Below, piece by piece: positions 49,352 to 58,470 of a stretch of DNA of 63,561 nt (position 1 is its first letter; each line of letters begins with the position of its first letter). The position numbers and the translations under genes were made by a program. The stretch comes from Candidatus Dadabacteria bacterium (GTDB lineage: Bacteria > Desulfobacterota_D > UBA1144 > Nemesobacterales > UBA2774), in contig JAHKKQ010000001.1 in assembly GCA_020027805.1 (NCBI GenBank), positions 1-63,561 on the forward strand, given 5' to 3'. The notes beneath the pieces were generated by a model that saw nothing but the letters and a program-made list of their open reading frames with translations, was not told the origin of the DNA and did not search any database.

Positions 49352-51184
49352 TTATTCGTGCGGGAAATTATATGCGAGCCGGAGCTCGCGCAGCATGGAC
49401 ATCTTTTTGAATTGATGGGTTTCCATCCGTCTCAATATATTATCCAGCGCTTTTAGGGCCTCCAGGATGTGAGGGCCCTTGTTCAGCATGACGCATTCTG
49501 CGCGGTGCCCCATCGCGGCGTCCGTGATTTCCGCTCTCGTCGGGGAGCCCTGTTTCGCGAGGCTTTCGAGCACCTGGGTCGCCCATATAACGGGTACGTG
49601 AGCGGCCTCGCAGAGCCATAATATTTCCTCCTGAACCTCGGCCAGGCGCTCGAATCCCAGCTCGACGGCCAGGTCCCCCCTCGCTATCATTACGCCGCAG
49701 CTCGGGTTCTTCATTGCCTCGAGAAGCATGGCGGGCAGGTTCTCGAATCCGCGCCGCGTTTCGATCTTCAGGACTATCGAAAGCCGTTCTCTGCCCACGC
49801 GCCTCAGGTGGTCTAATAATGATTTTATGTCATCCGGCGTATTCGCGAACGACAGCGCGGCTATGTCGGCGTTCTCTGCTATAAACTTCAGAATCGGAAT
49901 GTCGCTCGGCGTGAGGGCAGGCAGGCCGAGCTTACTCTCCGGGAGGTTTATCCCTTTGTCGGAGGTCAGTTTGCCCACAGCCGAGCTCGTATGCGTGATG
50001 CGTATCCGCAGTCCCTCCGCCATTCTTCCTTCCACTATCCCGCCTATTTTGCCGTCGTCGAACCAGACGTGCTCGCCCGCTTTAACATCATCGAGTATCT
50101 CCGGTATCGTGCAGCCTATTGCCGCGGGCGATACCTGATTGCCGCTATCGTCATATTCCGCGGGACGGCCGGGGTTTAAGTCCGGCGTGAGCGTAATCAA
50201 GTCCCCGTCACGGAGGGTTATGTGATTTTCCACGGGGGCGAAGCCGCATATCTTGACGCCGTGTTTCCGTGATTTGCCGTATTTCCTGCGGCGGAGGACT
50301 GTGTCCGGTGTAACGTAGGCGGTTTTTACGGCCTCGGCAATGAATCCCCCCTCGGTTTGTTCCGTGACCGTCATCGAACGCCTCGCCCCCCGCCCGTCGA
50401 CGAATCTTATTTCATCGCCGATTGAAAGTCCTTCAAGTCCCTCCGGCGGCAACGGCAGCACCGCGGTGTACACAGCCGAGCGTGAAGTATCAGTCCCCTC
50501 CAGAGCGAGCAGCACACTCGCCGGCTTTATTACGTTGCCGTACGCGTCCCTTTGCGGGCGGTATTTAATTACAGAGGGTCCGGGACTGACAGGGCCTGTA
50601 CGGAGCTTGGGGCCGGGTATATCCATAATCACCATGCATGGTTTCCCGGTTTCCTCCCTCGCTCAGCGGAGGTTCCCGATCATACGGGACCATTTCTCCA
50701 GATCGTCGTGAGCGCAATTGATACGCATACAGTCCATGCTGTTATCGAGGAGGCCGAGCACCAGTCCGTAATCGTGAGCGGCTTCGCTCGGCATCGTCAC
50801 CATTATATGGACGTTCCGCCCCGCCGGAGCCGGGCCGAGGAGCGTCTTCGTGTGCTCGTCCAGCAATTGCCTAGCGGATTTAAAATCAAGTCTATCCGTA
50901 TCGCCGCCTGTAATCTGAACGGGGGAATCGGCGAGACGTGATAGGGTAAGCAGCACCGCATCAACCGTTGCAAGGACGTGCGATTCGGAGCGGCCGAGCG
51001 ACGAAAGGCCGAGCTCCGCCAGTTCGGACTGGAGCGCCCTAAGGTCATGACGCCTGAACGCTAGATAATGAAGCAGGTTCTTAGCGCTCTCTTCGTATAC
51101 GGGGTCGAGGCCGCGGAAGGACTCTTTTAATTGCCCGGCGAAGCACAGCATCTCCTCGCGTATCCCGCCGAGCTGCTTGATCAA
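49352..51184 (-). pseudogene. Long-form pyruvate-kinase-family protein interrupted by one in-frame TGA
   Basis: The upstream ORF ends ...MRINCAHDDLEKWSRMIGNLR-TGA. The same frame then continues AREETGKPCMVIMDIPGPKLRTG...KIETRRGFENL...MIARGDLAVELG...ATQVLESL...PTRAEITDAA. The stop is at 50663-50665, and both ORFs share the same reading frame. Confidence 0.75.
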
Positions 51185-51373
51185 ACGCTGGAGCTCCTTT
51201 TGTGATTTACTTTAGTAGAAATGTTTATTCCCGGAGCTTCATCATGCCCATTTCGAGATCCCATGCCATCACCATCAATACAATGGAGAGTATAAACGAT
51301 GGTATCGGAGGAATATTAATTTTCAGTGAAGAGTCAGATTAATCTTTAGTGATAAGGTAAGGATTTGCAGGGG

Positions 51374-51445
51374 TGGCGACGGGTGGAATCGAACCACCGA
51401 CACGGGCCTTATGAGAGCCCTGCTCTGCCCCTGAGCTACGTCGCC
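51374..51445 (-). tRNA. tRNA-Met (anticodon CAT), elongator type, no encoded CCA
   Basis: The reverse complement is GGCGACGTAGCTCAGGGGCAGAGCAGGGCTCTCATAAGGCCCGTGTCGGTGGTTCGATTCCACCCGTCGCCA. It folds into a full cloverleaf: 7-bp acceptor, GCTC/GAGC D-stem, CTCATAA anticodon loop, and GGTGG-TTCGATT-CCACC T-arm. Confidence 0.9.
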
Positions 51446-51718
51446 CGGCTATGACAGGATTGAGACTTATGTAATAATCACGCGCTATTTCCGGTTAAAT
51501 ATGCCCCCGGGAAGCTCAAACCAAAGTGGAAGAATATATCACGGGCCGATTAACTTTCAAGGTTTACGCTTATTCACGGCCGCTTAAGCCGTATAGCGGT
51601 TTGATTTTAACAGCCGCTTTCCGAGAGTAATATTTCCGGGAGGGGTGGCTTTTTAGGGCTAAAATATTATGTCATAATGGGGTGTTGCGACATTGTTTTA
51701 TCGCTGTAAAATATCCCC

Positions 51719-51747
51719 TTGACATCTTAAGTAAAATACTTTATTTT
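51719..51747 (+). promoter_or_regulatory. Sigma70-type promoter TTGACA-N17-TATTTT
   Basis: TTGACA at 51719-51724 and TATTTT at 51742-51747, in a 573-bp gene-free spacer. Confidence 0.45.
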
Positions 51748-51753
51748 TATTAC

Positions 51754-51846
51754 TAATCTTAAACGCAAGGCTTAACAAGTCATCCTCCATCCTCCTTTAA
51801 AAGGGAATGCTCGCGACAAGGTCCGGGCATTCCCTTTTGTTTTTTA
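51754..51846 (+). ncRNA. Candidate small RNA (~90 nt) with a CCUCC-rich single-stranded segment
   Basis: The transcript is bounded by the promoter above and an intrinsic terminator. It contains CAUCCUCCAUCCUCCUUU (51781-51798) and has no ORF. The TSS is only estimated. Confidence 0.4.
51799..51846 (+). terminator. Rho-independent terminator
   Basis: 12-bp stem AAAAGGGAATGC (51799-51810) pairs with GCATTCCCTTTT (51827-51838), with a 16-nt loop. It is followed by TTTTGTTTTTT. Confidence 0.7.
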
Positions 51847-52018
51847 TAAGCACTGTTTAAATTTATTCCTAGCCTGTAATAATCCTGACTGCCGCACACA
51901 TCTATACGCTTATACGCTCATTTCGCCCGGTGCTTGTTTTTCATGCGCAGCGCCTGAATAACGGGTAATATATTTTACGTTTTCGGATGTTATACACTGC
52001 TTAAAAAATCAGACTGAT

Positions 52019-52627
52019 ATGAAACGGAAAAAGATACTGATCGCTTCTGTCACGGTCCTGTCCCTTGTGCTCGTAGTGTGGGCGATAATCCTGTATCAGA
52101 TATTCACGGCCAGGAGCAAGTCCAGCTTCTACGGCAGCTCTTACGACATGAAAGCGCCCGACTTCACGCTTACCAATCAGGACGGGGAAAAGGTAACGCT
52201 CGGTGATTTCAAGGGGAAAGTCGTATTCATGTTTTTCGGATACACGCACTGCCCGGATATTTGCCCGGTCACGTTATCGACTTTAAACAGCGTTACCAAC
52301 GAGCTCGGGAGCGACAGGGATAAGGTGCAGGTCCTTTTCGTGACGGTAGACCCCGAAAGGGACACTCAGGCGGAGATGAAGAAGTACGTTACTTTTTTCA
52401 ACAAAGACTTTATCGGGCTCACAGGCACACCCGAAGAGATTAAAAATGTCTCGGACTCCTATCATGCGTTCTATATGAAGGAAGGAACAGGTTCGGAGCA
52501 GGGATACCTGATGGGGCATACGTCGTCCGTGTATCTGATAAACCCCGATGGCCGGATAGTTTTGAGATACCCACAGAGCAAGATGGACCCTAAGGAAATA
52601 GCCAAAGATGTTGAAAGGATTTTATGA
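52019..52627 (+). CDS. SCO1/SenC-family copper chaperone (thioredoxin fold)
   Basis: 202 aa. N-terminal TM anchor, FGYTHCPDICP (CxxxC) and a conserved His (GHTSSVYL). Confidence 0.9.
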   Translation: MKRKKILIASVTVLSLVLVVWAIILYQIFTARSKSSFYGSSYDMKAPDFTLTNQDGEKVTLGDFKGKVVFMFFGYTHCPDICPVTLSTLNSVTNELGSDRDKVQVLFVTVDPERDTQAEMKKYVTFFNKDFIGLTGTPEEIKNVSDSYHAFYMKEGTGSEQGYLMGHTSSVYLINPDGRIVLRYPQSKMDPKEIAKDVERIL

Positions 52628-52656
52628 AGCGGTGTCGCCCGATTCGTACAGGAGGG

Positions 52657-53124
52657 TTAGAGCTCTTTGGCCCTAATCTGCGGGTGTTCTAACTCGATTG
52701 TCTCCGAAGCAGCCTTCTTCGATTCTATTGCGCCGGGCTCCGATACGTATTGCCCGACGTGCTCGCTCATCCCGCATCTGCCGTTGTAAACGCCGCCTTC
52801 CTCGATTACAAGCCTGTCTATGAAAATATCACCCGTTACGGCGCCGCTGCTTTTTATTTCGAGCCTCTCCGAGTCGATAATACCTTCGATCCGTCCATAG
52901 ACAATGACTTCGGAGGCTTTGACCTCTCCAAGTATTACCCCGCGCTCGCCTACGATTAATGTATTTTCCCCCGATATTTTCCCCTTGAGCTTCCCGTCTA
53001 TCCTGGTCGAGGAGGAGGTTGTGATGTGCCCTTCGAAAACGCACTCTTCTCCTATAGATGTGGTGAAATGGCTCGCATCGGGCTTTACCGGCTTTGCGCT
53101 TCTTTTTTTGTCGAACATACCCAT
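52657..53124 (-). CDS. Bactofilin (DUF583) cytoskeletal protein
   Basis: 155 aa. A repetitive beta-helix pattern (EGHITTSSSTRIDGKLKGKISGENTLIVGERGVILGEVKASEVIVYGRIEG...) with disordered tails. Confidence 0.85.
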   Translation of the reverse strand: MGMFDKKRSAKPVKPDASHFTTSIGEECVFEGHITTSSSTRIDGKLKGKISGENTLIVGERGVILGEVKASEVIVYGRIEGIIDSERLEIKSSGAVTGDIFIDRLVIEEGGVYNGRCGMSEHVGQYVSEPGAIESKKAASETIELEHPQIRAKEL

Positions 53125-53126
53125 GA

Positions 53127-53957
53127 TTATTTCAGCGATAGAAAATTCGAGGGGTTAACCCTCTTGCCGTCTTTTATAACTTCGTAATGCAGGTGCGTAC
53201 CGGTGGACCTTCCGGTATTTCCCGCCTTTCCTATCACTTCCCCCACTTTTATTTTCTGTCCTTCTTCCACGGAGATTTTCGAAAGGTGTCCGTAAATGGT
53301 CTCGAACCCTTCTTCGTGCTGAATCACGATTGTTTTACCGTAGCTTCCCTGCCATCCCGTCTTTCTTACAGTACCGTCCGCGGTGGCAACCACGGGGTCT
53401 CCGAATTTCGCATCGATGTCCACTCCCGAATGAAAACCGATCCTCGAGCGGAACGGGTCCTTTCTGTAGCCGAATCCCGAATTTATTTTCCCTTCGAGCG
53501 GCGTACCTACAGGCAGGTTCTTCATGGTGTTGAATAGTTCCTCTATATCCTTCTGCATAAAGTCGACATAAGAAATGCTCAGCCTGTCGGCGGGGATGAA
53601 TTCACCTCCCACGGCCAGTTCTTTCCTGATGCCTTTCTTGTCGAGCATCTCCTGCATTTCAAGGAGCTTGTTTTCGATGTCTTTCATCCTGCCCCTGAGG
53701 TTAACTTCGGTAGACATGTTCGCCATTAAATCCTGACTCAGCGTATCGATGGTTTTGGCGAGGTGTTTTACGGACCTTGTCTTTGATTCCGAAGCCTTGT
53801 AGAAGGTGTAAGTAGATGCGAATGAAACCAGGGATACGACGGTAAAGAATACAAAAGTGAAAGATACTATTTTTAGATGTGAGATTTTTAAGTTAAGTGC
53901 TTTGGGACCTTTACTGCCTGGAGTAATAAGCATTATAGTAAGGTGGTCCTTATCCAT
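53127..53957 (-). CDS. M23 (LytM-type) metallopeptidase with N-terminal TM and coiled coil
   Basis: HSGVDI...GHLS...GNTGRSTGTHLHYEV. I prefer the start at ATG 53957 because it follows GGAGAGGG. The ORF-track start is 54074. Confidence 0.85.
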   Translation of the reverse strand: MDKDHLTIMLITPGSKGPKALNLKISHLKIVSFTFVFFTVVSLVSFASTYTFYKASESKTRSVKHLAKTIDTLSQDLMANMSTEVNLRGRMKDIENKLLEMQEMLDKKGIRKELAVGGEFIPADRLSISYVDFMQKDIEELFNTMKNLPVGTPLEGKINSGFGYRKDPFRSRIGFHSGVDIDAKFGDPVVATADGTVRKTGWQGSYGKTIVIQHEEGFETIYGHLSKISVEEGQKIKVGEVIGKAGNTGRSTGTHLHYEVIKDGKRVNPSNFLSLK

Positions 53958-54335
53958 ATCCCTCTCCTCTGCAACTGTCAGGCAACCAGACCTTGGGTTA
54001 CCAGGCACGGAATGTGTCGATCCGTTACGGATTGACAGGATTCCAATCATACATATATTCCCCGGTAAATTCAACCCCGTATTTAATTTCTTTTATAACT
54101 TTGAAATACGCTGTTCTCATGGCGGGTTAGACATGTCGCCGATACTTTGGGCAAGGCAAGCGGCATTCGGTCGATTATGATTCCGTATGCTTGCGGCTAA
54201 AGATGACAATGGATAATATGGTAATATTTATCTCGGATCGCGGGTCGCTCGAAATCGTAAAAAGGATTCTAGTTATAGAAATACCCGAAATAATCAGCAT
54301 GGGAATATTTTTTTAAGCAGCCAGGGGAGAGGGAT

Positions 54336-55142
54336 ATGGGAAAGGTTATATGTGTGGCGAATCAAAAAGGCGGGGTAGGTAAGACTACTACGGTCATAAA
54401 CCTCGCCGCGTCTCTCGCGGCCGCGCAAAAAAAGACCTTATTCATCGATTTCGACCCTCAAGCCAATGCGACGAGCGGTGTAGGGATCAACAAGGATGAA
54501 ATCAAAAAAACCATCTACGATGCGATCATCGGCGAAGTGAACATAAGGGATATAACAATTGACATTGAGCCCGAATTTCTCAAGGGGTATTTGACCGTGG
54601 TCCCAGCCAGCCCCGATCTCACGGGGGCCGAAATTGAGCTGATACATTTCGAGAACAGAGAACAGAAGCTCAAAGAGGCGATAAGCGATATCATCAGCGA
54701 GTATGACTATATTTTTATTGACTGCCCCCCTTCACTGAGTCTCCTTACGGTCAACGCTCTCACGGCCGCGGATTCCGTCCTCGTGCCCGTGCAGTGTGAA
54801 TACTACGCGCTCGAAGGGCTCGGCCAGCTGAAACGCACGATTTCGCTTATACGCCAAAGAATCAATCCCGAGCTCAAAGTCGAGGGCTATCTGCTCACCA
54901 TGTTCGATTCGAGGAACAAGATCTGCCATGTCGTTGCGAACGAGCTCAAGACCTATTTCAGCGAAGAGGTATTCGAAACCATCATCTACAGGAACGTGAG
55001 GCTCGCCGAATCCCCGAGCCACGGCAAACCGATTTTGCTCTATGATGTAAAATCGATCGGAGCACAGACATATATCTCGCTTGCGCAGGAAATAATCGCA
55101 AGGAACGGAGGGGACGCAATTGAAAAAAGCTACGTTGGGTAG
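54336..55142 (+). CDS. parA: Chromosome-partitioning ATPase ParA/Soj
   Basis: 268 aa. Deviant Walker A NQKGGVGKTTT, plus IDCPPSL and ESPSHGKPI. Confidence 0.92.
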   Translation: MGKVICVANQKGGVGKTTTVINLAASLAAAQKKTLFIDFDPQANATSGVGINKDEIKKTIYDAIIGEVNIRDITIDIEPEFLKGYLTVVPASPDLTGAEIELIHFENREQKLKEAISDIISEYDYIFIDCPPSLSLLTVNALTAADSVLVPVQCEYYALEGLGQLKRTISLIRQRINPELKVEGYLLTMFDSRNKICHVVANELKTYFSEEVFETIIYRNVRLAESPSHGKPILLYDVKSIGAQTYISLAQEIIARNGGDAIEKSYVG

Positions 55143-55959
55143 AGGACTCGATGCCCTGTTGCCGAAAGAGAACAGAGAGCCGGGGCTTACGCTCGTCAGC
55201 ATCCATGAGATCAGGCCCAATACGCGTCAGCCGAGGAAGGATTTCGACGATGACACCATTGCCGAGCTCACGGCTTCTATCAAGGAGAAGGGCATCATTC
55301 AGCCGATAGTCGTCCGCCAGTCAGGGAGCGGGTACGAGATAATCGCGGGTGAAAGAAGGTGGAGGGCGGCGCAGAGGGCCGGCATCGTAAAGGTCCCTGT
55401 AGTAGTTAAAGACGCTACAGACATGGAGGCTCTCGAGCTCGCGCTCATCGAGAACCTTCAGAGAGAGGACCTGAACCCGATCGAAGAGGCCTCCGGATAC
55501 CAGCATTTAATAGAGGTCTACGGGCTTACTCATGAAGAGGTGTCCGTACAGATAGGCAAAGACAGGTCGACGATTACGAACCATCTCCGGCTGCTCAGGC
55601 TCTCCGAGGAGGCGAAGCGCGCGCTTATCGAGGGGGAAATAACCGCGGGGCATGCCCGTGCCCTCCTCAGTCTTGAGTCTATCTCCGATGCGAACCTCGT
55701 TCTTCAGGCCATACGGAAGAAGAAACTCTCGGTAAGGACGACCGAAAGCCTCATCCGGAACATGTCGAAGGAAAAGCGGCCGGGGATAAAGCCCGTGAGC
55801 GCGGACCCGTATCTGGAGAGGATCGCCGACGATTTGAAGGGGGCGCTCAGCACGCAGGTAAGGATTATATATAATAAAGGTAAGGGCAGGATCGAGATCG
55901 ATTACTATTCCGACGACGAGCTCGAGAGGCTCTTATCGGCTCTTTTGGGAAACAAATAA
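55120..55959 (+). CDS. parB: Chromosome-partitioning protein ParB/Spo0J
   Basis: 279 aa. LGRGLDALL, IRPNTRQPRK, GERRWRAA, and an HTH. Confidence 0.92.
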   Translation: MKKATLGRGLDALLPKENREPGLTLVSIHEIRPNTRQPRKDFDDDTIAELTASIKEKGIIQPIVVRQSGSGYEIIAGERRWRAAQRAGIVKVPVVVKDATDMEALELALIENLQREDLNPIEEASGYQHLIEVYGLTHEEVSVQIGKDRSTITNHLRLLRLSEEAKRALIEGEITAGHARALLSLESISDANLVLQAIRKKKLSVRTTESLIRNMSKEKRPGIKPVSADPYLERIADDLKGALSTQVRIIYNKGKGRIEIDYYSDDELERLLSALLGNK

Positions 55960-55982
55960 AACAGGTATCGAATGGAATTCAT

Positions 55983-56234
55983 ATGAAGGAATTTAAAGTC
56001 AAAGTGGAAGTGAGGCTGAAGCCGGTCGTCCTCGACCCCCAGGGGAAGTCGGTGTTGTCTGCGCTGGCGAACCTCGGATTCGAAGAAGTACGCGACGCCA
56101 GGGTGGGGAAGCTTATAGAGTTAAGGATAAGGGACGGAAGCGCGGAGAGCGTGAGGAATCGGGTCGACGAAATGTGCCGAAAGCTTCTTTCGAATCCCGT
56201 GATAGAGGACTTCGTAGTCAATATCGAGGAATAG
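55983..56234 (+). CDS. purS: Phosphoribosylformylglycinamidine synthase subunit PurS
   Basis: 83 aa. [17 protein letters not shown]...L..LGF..V..ARVGK. Confidence 0.9.
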   Translation: MKEFKVKVEVRLKPVVLDPQGKSVLSALANLGFEEVRDARVGKLIELRIRDGSAESVRNRVDEMCRKLLSNPVIEDFVVNIEE

Positions 56235-56235
56235 C

Positions 56236-56955
56236 ATGTACAAATTCGGCGTTATCGTATTCCCGGGGTCCAACTGCGATCACGACAGCTACCACGCGAT
56301 CAAGCACGTGATGGGGCAGGACTGCGAGTTCGTATGGCACGAGGACACGAACCTCGGCAGGTTCGACTGCATTATCATTCCCGGCGGCTTTTCTTACGGC
56401 GATTATCTGAGGACAGGCGCCATAGCGAGCCTGTCACCGATCATGGATTCCGTTGAAAAATTCGCATCCCGGGGTGGGCCGGTCCTGGGGACCTGCAACG
56501 GGTTTCAGATACTGGTCGAGGCGGGCCTCCTTCCGGGCGTGCTGATCAGGAACTCTTCGCTCCAGTTCGTGTGCAGGTGGGTTAATATAAGGGTGGAGAA
56601 TAATAAAACCGCATTCACGGGGAACCTGAAAGGGGGGGACGTGCTCAGAATCCCGGTTGCTCACGGCGAGGGCAGTTATTATTGCACGGGCGAAGACCTG
56701 AAAGCGCTCGAGGAAAATTCACAGGTCGTATTCAGGTATTGCGACGGTGAAGGGAACGTGACGCCCGAATCCAATCCGAACGGGTCTATCGGGAACATTG
56801 CGGGAATATGCAGCAAAGCCGGGAACGTGCTCGGAATGATGCCCCATCCGGAGAGGTGCTCGGAGAGCGTCCTCGGCGGCGCCGGCGGAAAACTCATATT
56901 CGAGTCTGTAATCTCGTGGCTCGGTCACGGTAAAAAGACGAAAAGCAAGGCATAA
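56236..56955 (+). CDS. purQ: Phosphoribosylformylglycinamidine synthase glutaminase subunit PurQ
   Basis: 239 aa. [17 protein letters not shown], the catalytic GTCNGFQIL, and MPHPER. Confidence 0.95.
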   Translation: MYKFGVIVFPGSNCDHDSYHAIKHVMGQDCEFVWHEDTNLGRFDCIIIPGGFSYGDYLRTGAIASLSPIMDSVEKFASRGGPVLGTCNGFQILVEAGLLPGVLIRNSSLQFVCRWVNIRVENNKTAFTGNLKGGDVLRIPVAHGEGSYYCTGEDLKALEENSQVVFRYCDGEGNVTPESNPNGSIGNIAGICSKAGNVLGMMPHPERCSESVLGGAGGKLIFESVISWLGHGKKTKSKA

Positions 56956-56966
56956 AAGGCGGAAGT

Positions 56967-57113
56967 ATGACGAAGATACTATTAATAGTGTTGATAATCC
57001 TGATTGCTTTCTGGCTCGGAAAAATGTCTGCCGAGGGGAAGCGGAAGGACCTGTCAAAGAGGAATTCTGAACCTGAGAACCCGGTCATAGATATAACAGC
57101 GGAGGACAAGTGA
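56967..57113 (+). CDS. Possible 48-aa N-terminally anchored mini-protein
   Basis: AAGGCGGAAG precedes the ATG. The translation is MTKILLIVLIILIAFWLGKMSAEGKRKDLSKRNSEPENPVIDITAEDK. It is below the ORF-track cut-off, and there is no other support. Confidence 0.3.
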   Translation: MTKILLIVLIILIAFWLGKMSAEGKRKDLSKRNSEPENPVIDITAEDK

Positions 57114-57286
57114 TCCTGTACTGTCCGGATTTGAGCGAATAGGGCCCCCGAAGAAATCCAAAGAGACTCGGATTAATGAGCAGCCTTTCAAGCGGAGCGG
57201 GTTTGTGCGGGTTATAGCCATGTGGTACTCTTTGGAATACAATTATTTAAATTTTAAAGGGGGATAGTGCGGGAGGTAAGTGAGAA

Positions 57287-57523
57287 ATGGAGACTCGGAA
57301 GGTCGATACACAGATAAATATTACCAAAGAGATTTGCCCGATGACGTACGTGAAAACCAAGCTCAAGCTTGAAACCATGTCTTCGGGGCAGGTGCTCGAA
57401 GTCATACTCAGGGATGGGGAGCCCTTAACCAACGTTCCCAAGAGTATCATGGCCGAAGGACATAAAATTCTCGATGTCAGGCAGGATGGAGAGTTCTACA
57501 AACTCCTTATTGAGCGTCGTTGA
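57287..57523 (+). CDS. TusA/SirA-family sulfur-relay protein
   Basis: 78 aa. Active-site Cys in ICPMTYVKTKLKL and the G.VLEV...D......IP.....GH pattern, collinear with E. coli TusA. Confidence 0.75.
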   Translation: METRKVDTQINITKEICPMTYVKTKLKLETMSSGQVLEVILRDGEPLTNVPKSIMAEGHKILDVRQDGEFYKLLIERR

Positions 57524-58470
57524 TGGATTATTCCCTGGCAAGAAAAAAATCGCTTGAAACGAGACTGAAGAAGGCGGATTCCGTAATCGAATTGGTTGGG
57601 GATACCCCGCTTATCAAGCTGACTCACGTTACGGAAGGTCTCTCTCCCGGTGTCGAGGTCTACGCCAAGGCGGAATGGTTTAACCCCGGGGGCTCCGTAA
57701 AGGACAGGCCCGCCCTCTGGATGATCCTCGACGGGATCCGTACCGGAAAGCTCACTGCCGATAAAATTCTGATGGATTCCTCCTCCGGGAACACGGCTAT
57801 CGCCTACGCCATGATGGGCGCCGCCCTCGGGTATAAAGTGGAGCTCGTGATACCTGAAAATATCAATATCGAGAGAAAAAAGACCCTTCAGGCCTTCGGC
57901 TCGAAGATTATATACTCCGACCCCCTCGAGGGATCTGACGGGGCGATAAGGCTTGCGAGAAAGCTTAAGGCCGAAAACCCCGAAAAATATTTCATGCCCG
58001 ATCAATACAACAACCCCGAGAATCCGAAATCGCATTACGATTCCACTGCCGTGGAAATCTGGGAGCAGACAGAGGGGAGGGTAACTCACTTTGTTGCCGG
58101 GCTTGGCACGAGCGGGACTTTTATGGGCACGTCGAAGAGGTTAAAGGAGCTCAATCCCGATATAGTAGCTATAGCGGTCGAGCCCGCCGAAGCCCTGCAC
58201 GGGTTAGAAGGCATGAAGCATATGCCTACCTCGATCGTCCCCGGCATATACGATTCCGCCTACCCCGACGAGCTCATCAGGATTACTACGGAGGACGCCT
58301 ATGATTTCATGAAGGACCTTCTGAAGAAGGAAGGGATTTTCATAGGTCATTCCGGCGGCGCCGTTGCCTTCGCGACAATCGAGTACGCGAAGAAGCTGAA
58401 AGAGGGCGTCCTCGTCACGGTTTTTCCGGACGGGGGGTACAGGTATCTGAGCGGGGGGATCTGGTGGTAA
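57520..58470 (+). CDS. PLP-dependent cysteine synthase (CysM/CysK family)
   Basis: 316 aa. GDTPLIKL, NPGGSVKDRPA (PLP lysine), SSGNTAIA, and GLGTSGTFMG. Confidence 0.85.
   Translation: MMDYSLARKKSLETRLKKADSVIELVGDTPLIKLTHVTEGLSPGVEVYAKAEWFNPGGSVKDRPALWMILDGIRTGKLTADKILMDSSSGNTAIAYAMMGAALGYKVELVIPENINIERKKTLQAFGSKIIYSDPLEGSDGAIRLARKLKAENPEKYFMPDQYNNPENPKSHYDSTAVEIWEQTEGRVTHFVAGLGTSGTFMGTSKRLKELNPDIVAIAVEPAEALHGLEGMKHMPTSIVPGIYDSAYPDELIRITTEDAYDFMKDLLKKEGIFIGHSGGAVAFATIEYAKKLKEGVLVTVFPDGGYRYLSGGIWW

Noticed and set aside
50663-50665. The in-frame TGA in the pyruvate-kinase-like gene as a selenocysteine codon
   Set aside because: The position (after NLR) is a variable, non-catalytic site in pyruvate kinases. 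The 40 nt downstream form only a short CCATGCATGG palindrome, not a bacterial SECIS-like stem-loop. TGA is a normal stop elsewhere in the window. A nonsense mutation or a base-call error is more likely.
51374-51445. The tRNA-CAT as an initiator tRNA-fMet or as the TilS substrate tRNA-Ile2
   Set aside because: G1-C72 is paired and the anticodon stem lacks the three consecutive G-C pairs of initiators. The acceptor and D-arm (GGCGACGTAGCTCAG) resemble elongator tRNA-Met. An Ile2 identity cannot be formally excluded without a classifier.
51750-51800. A minus-strand 31-codon ORF (MEDDLLSLAFKISNKNKVFYLRCQGDILQR) opposite the sRNA candidate
   Set aside because: Its ATG abuts the AAGGAGG with zero spacing. 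There is no promoter on that strand. The purine-rich segment is better explained as the complement of the CCUCC tract.
54075-54335. A replication origin or parS near parAB
   Set aside because: I found only one 7-of-9 DnaA-box-like match (AATGGATAA, 54208-54216) and no TGTTTCACGTGAAACA-like parS anywhere I looked. This was an eyeball scan, so it is not exhaustive.
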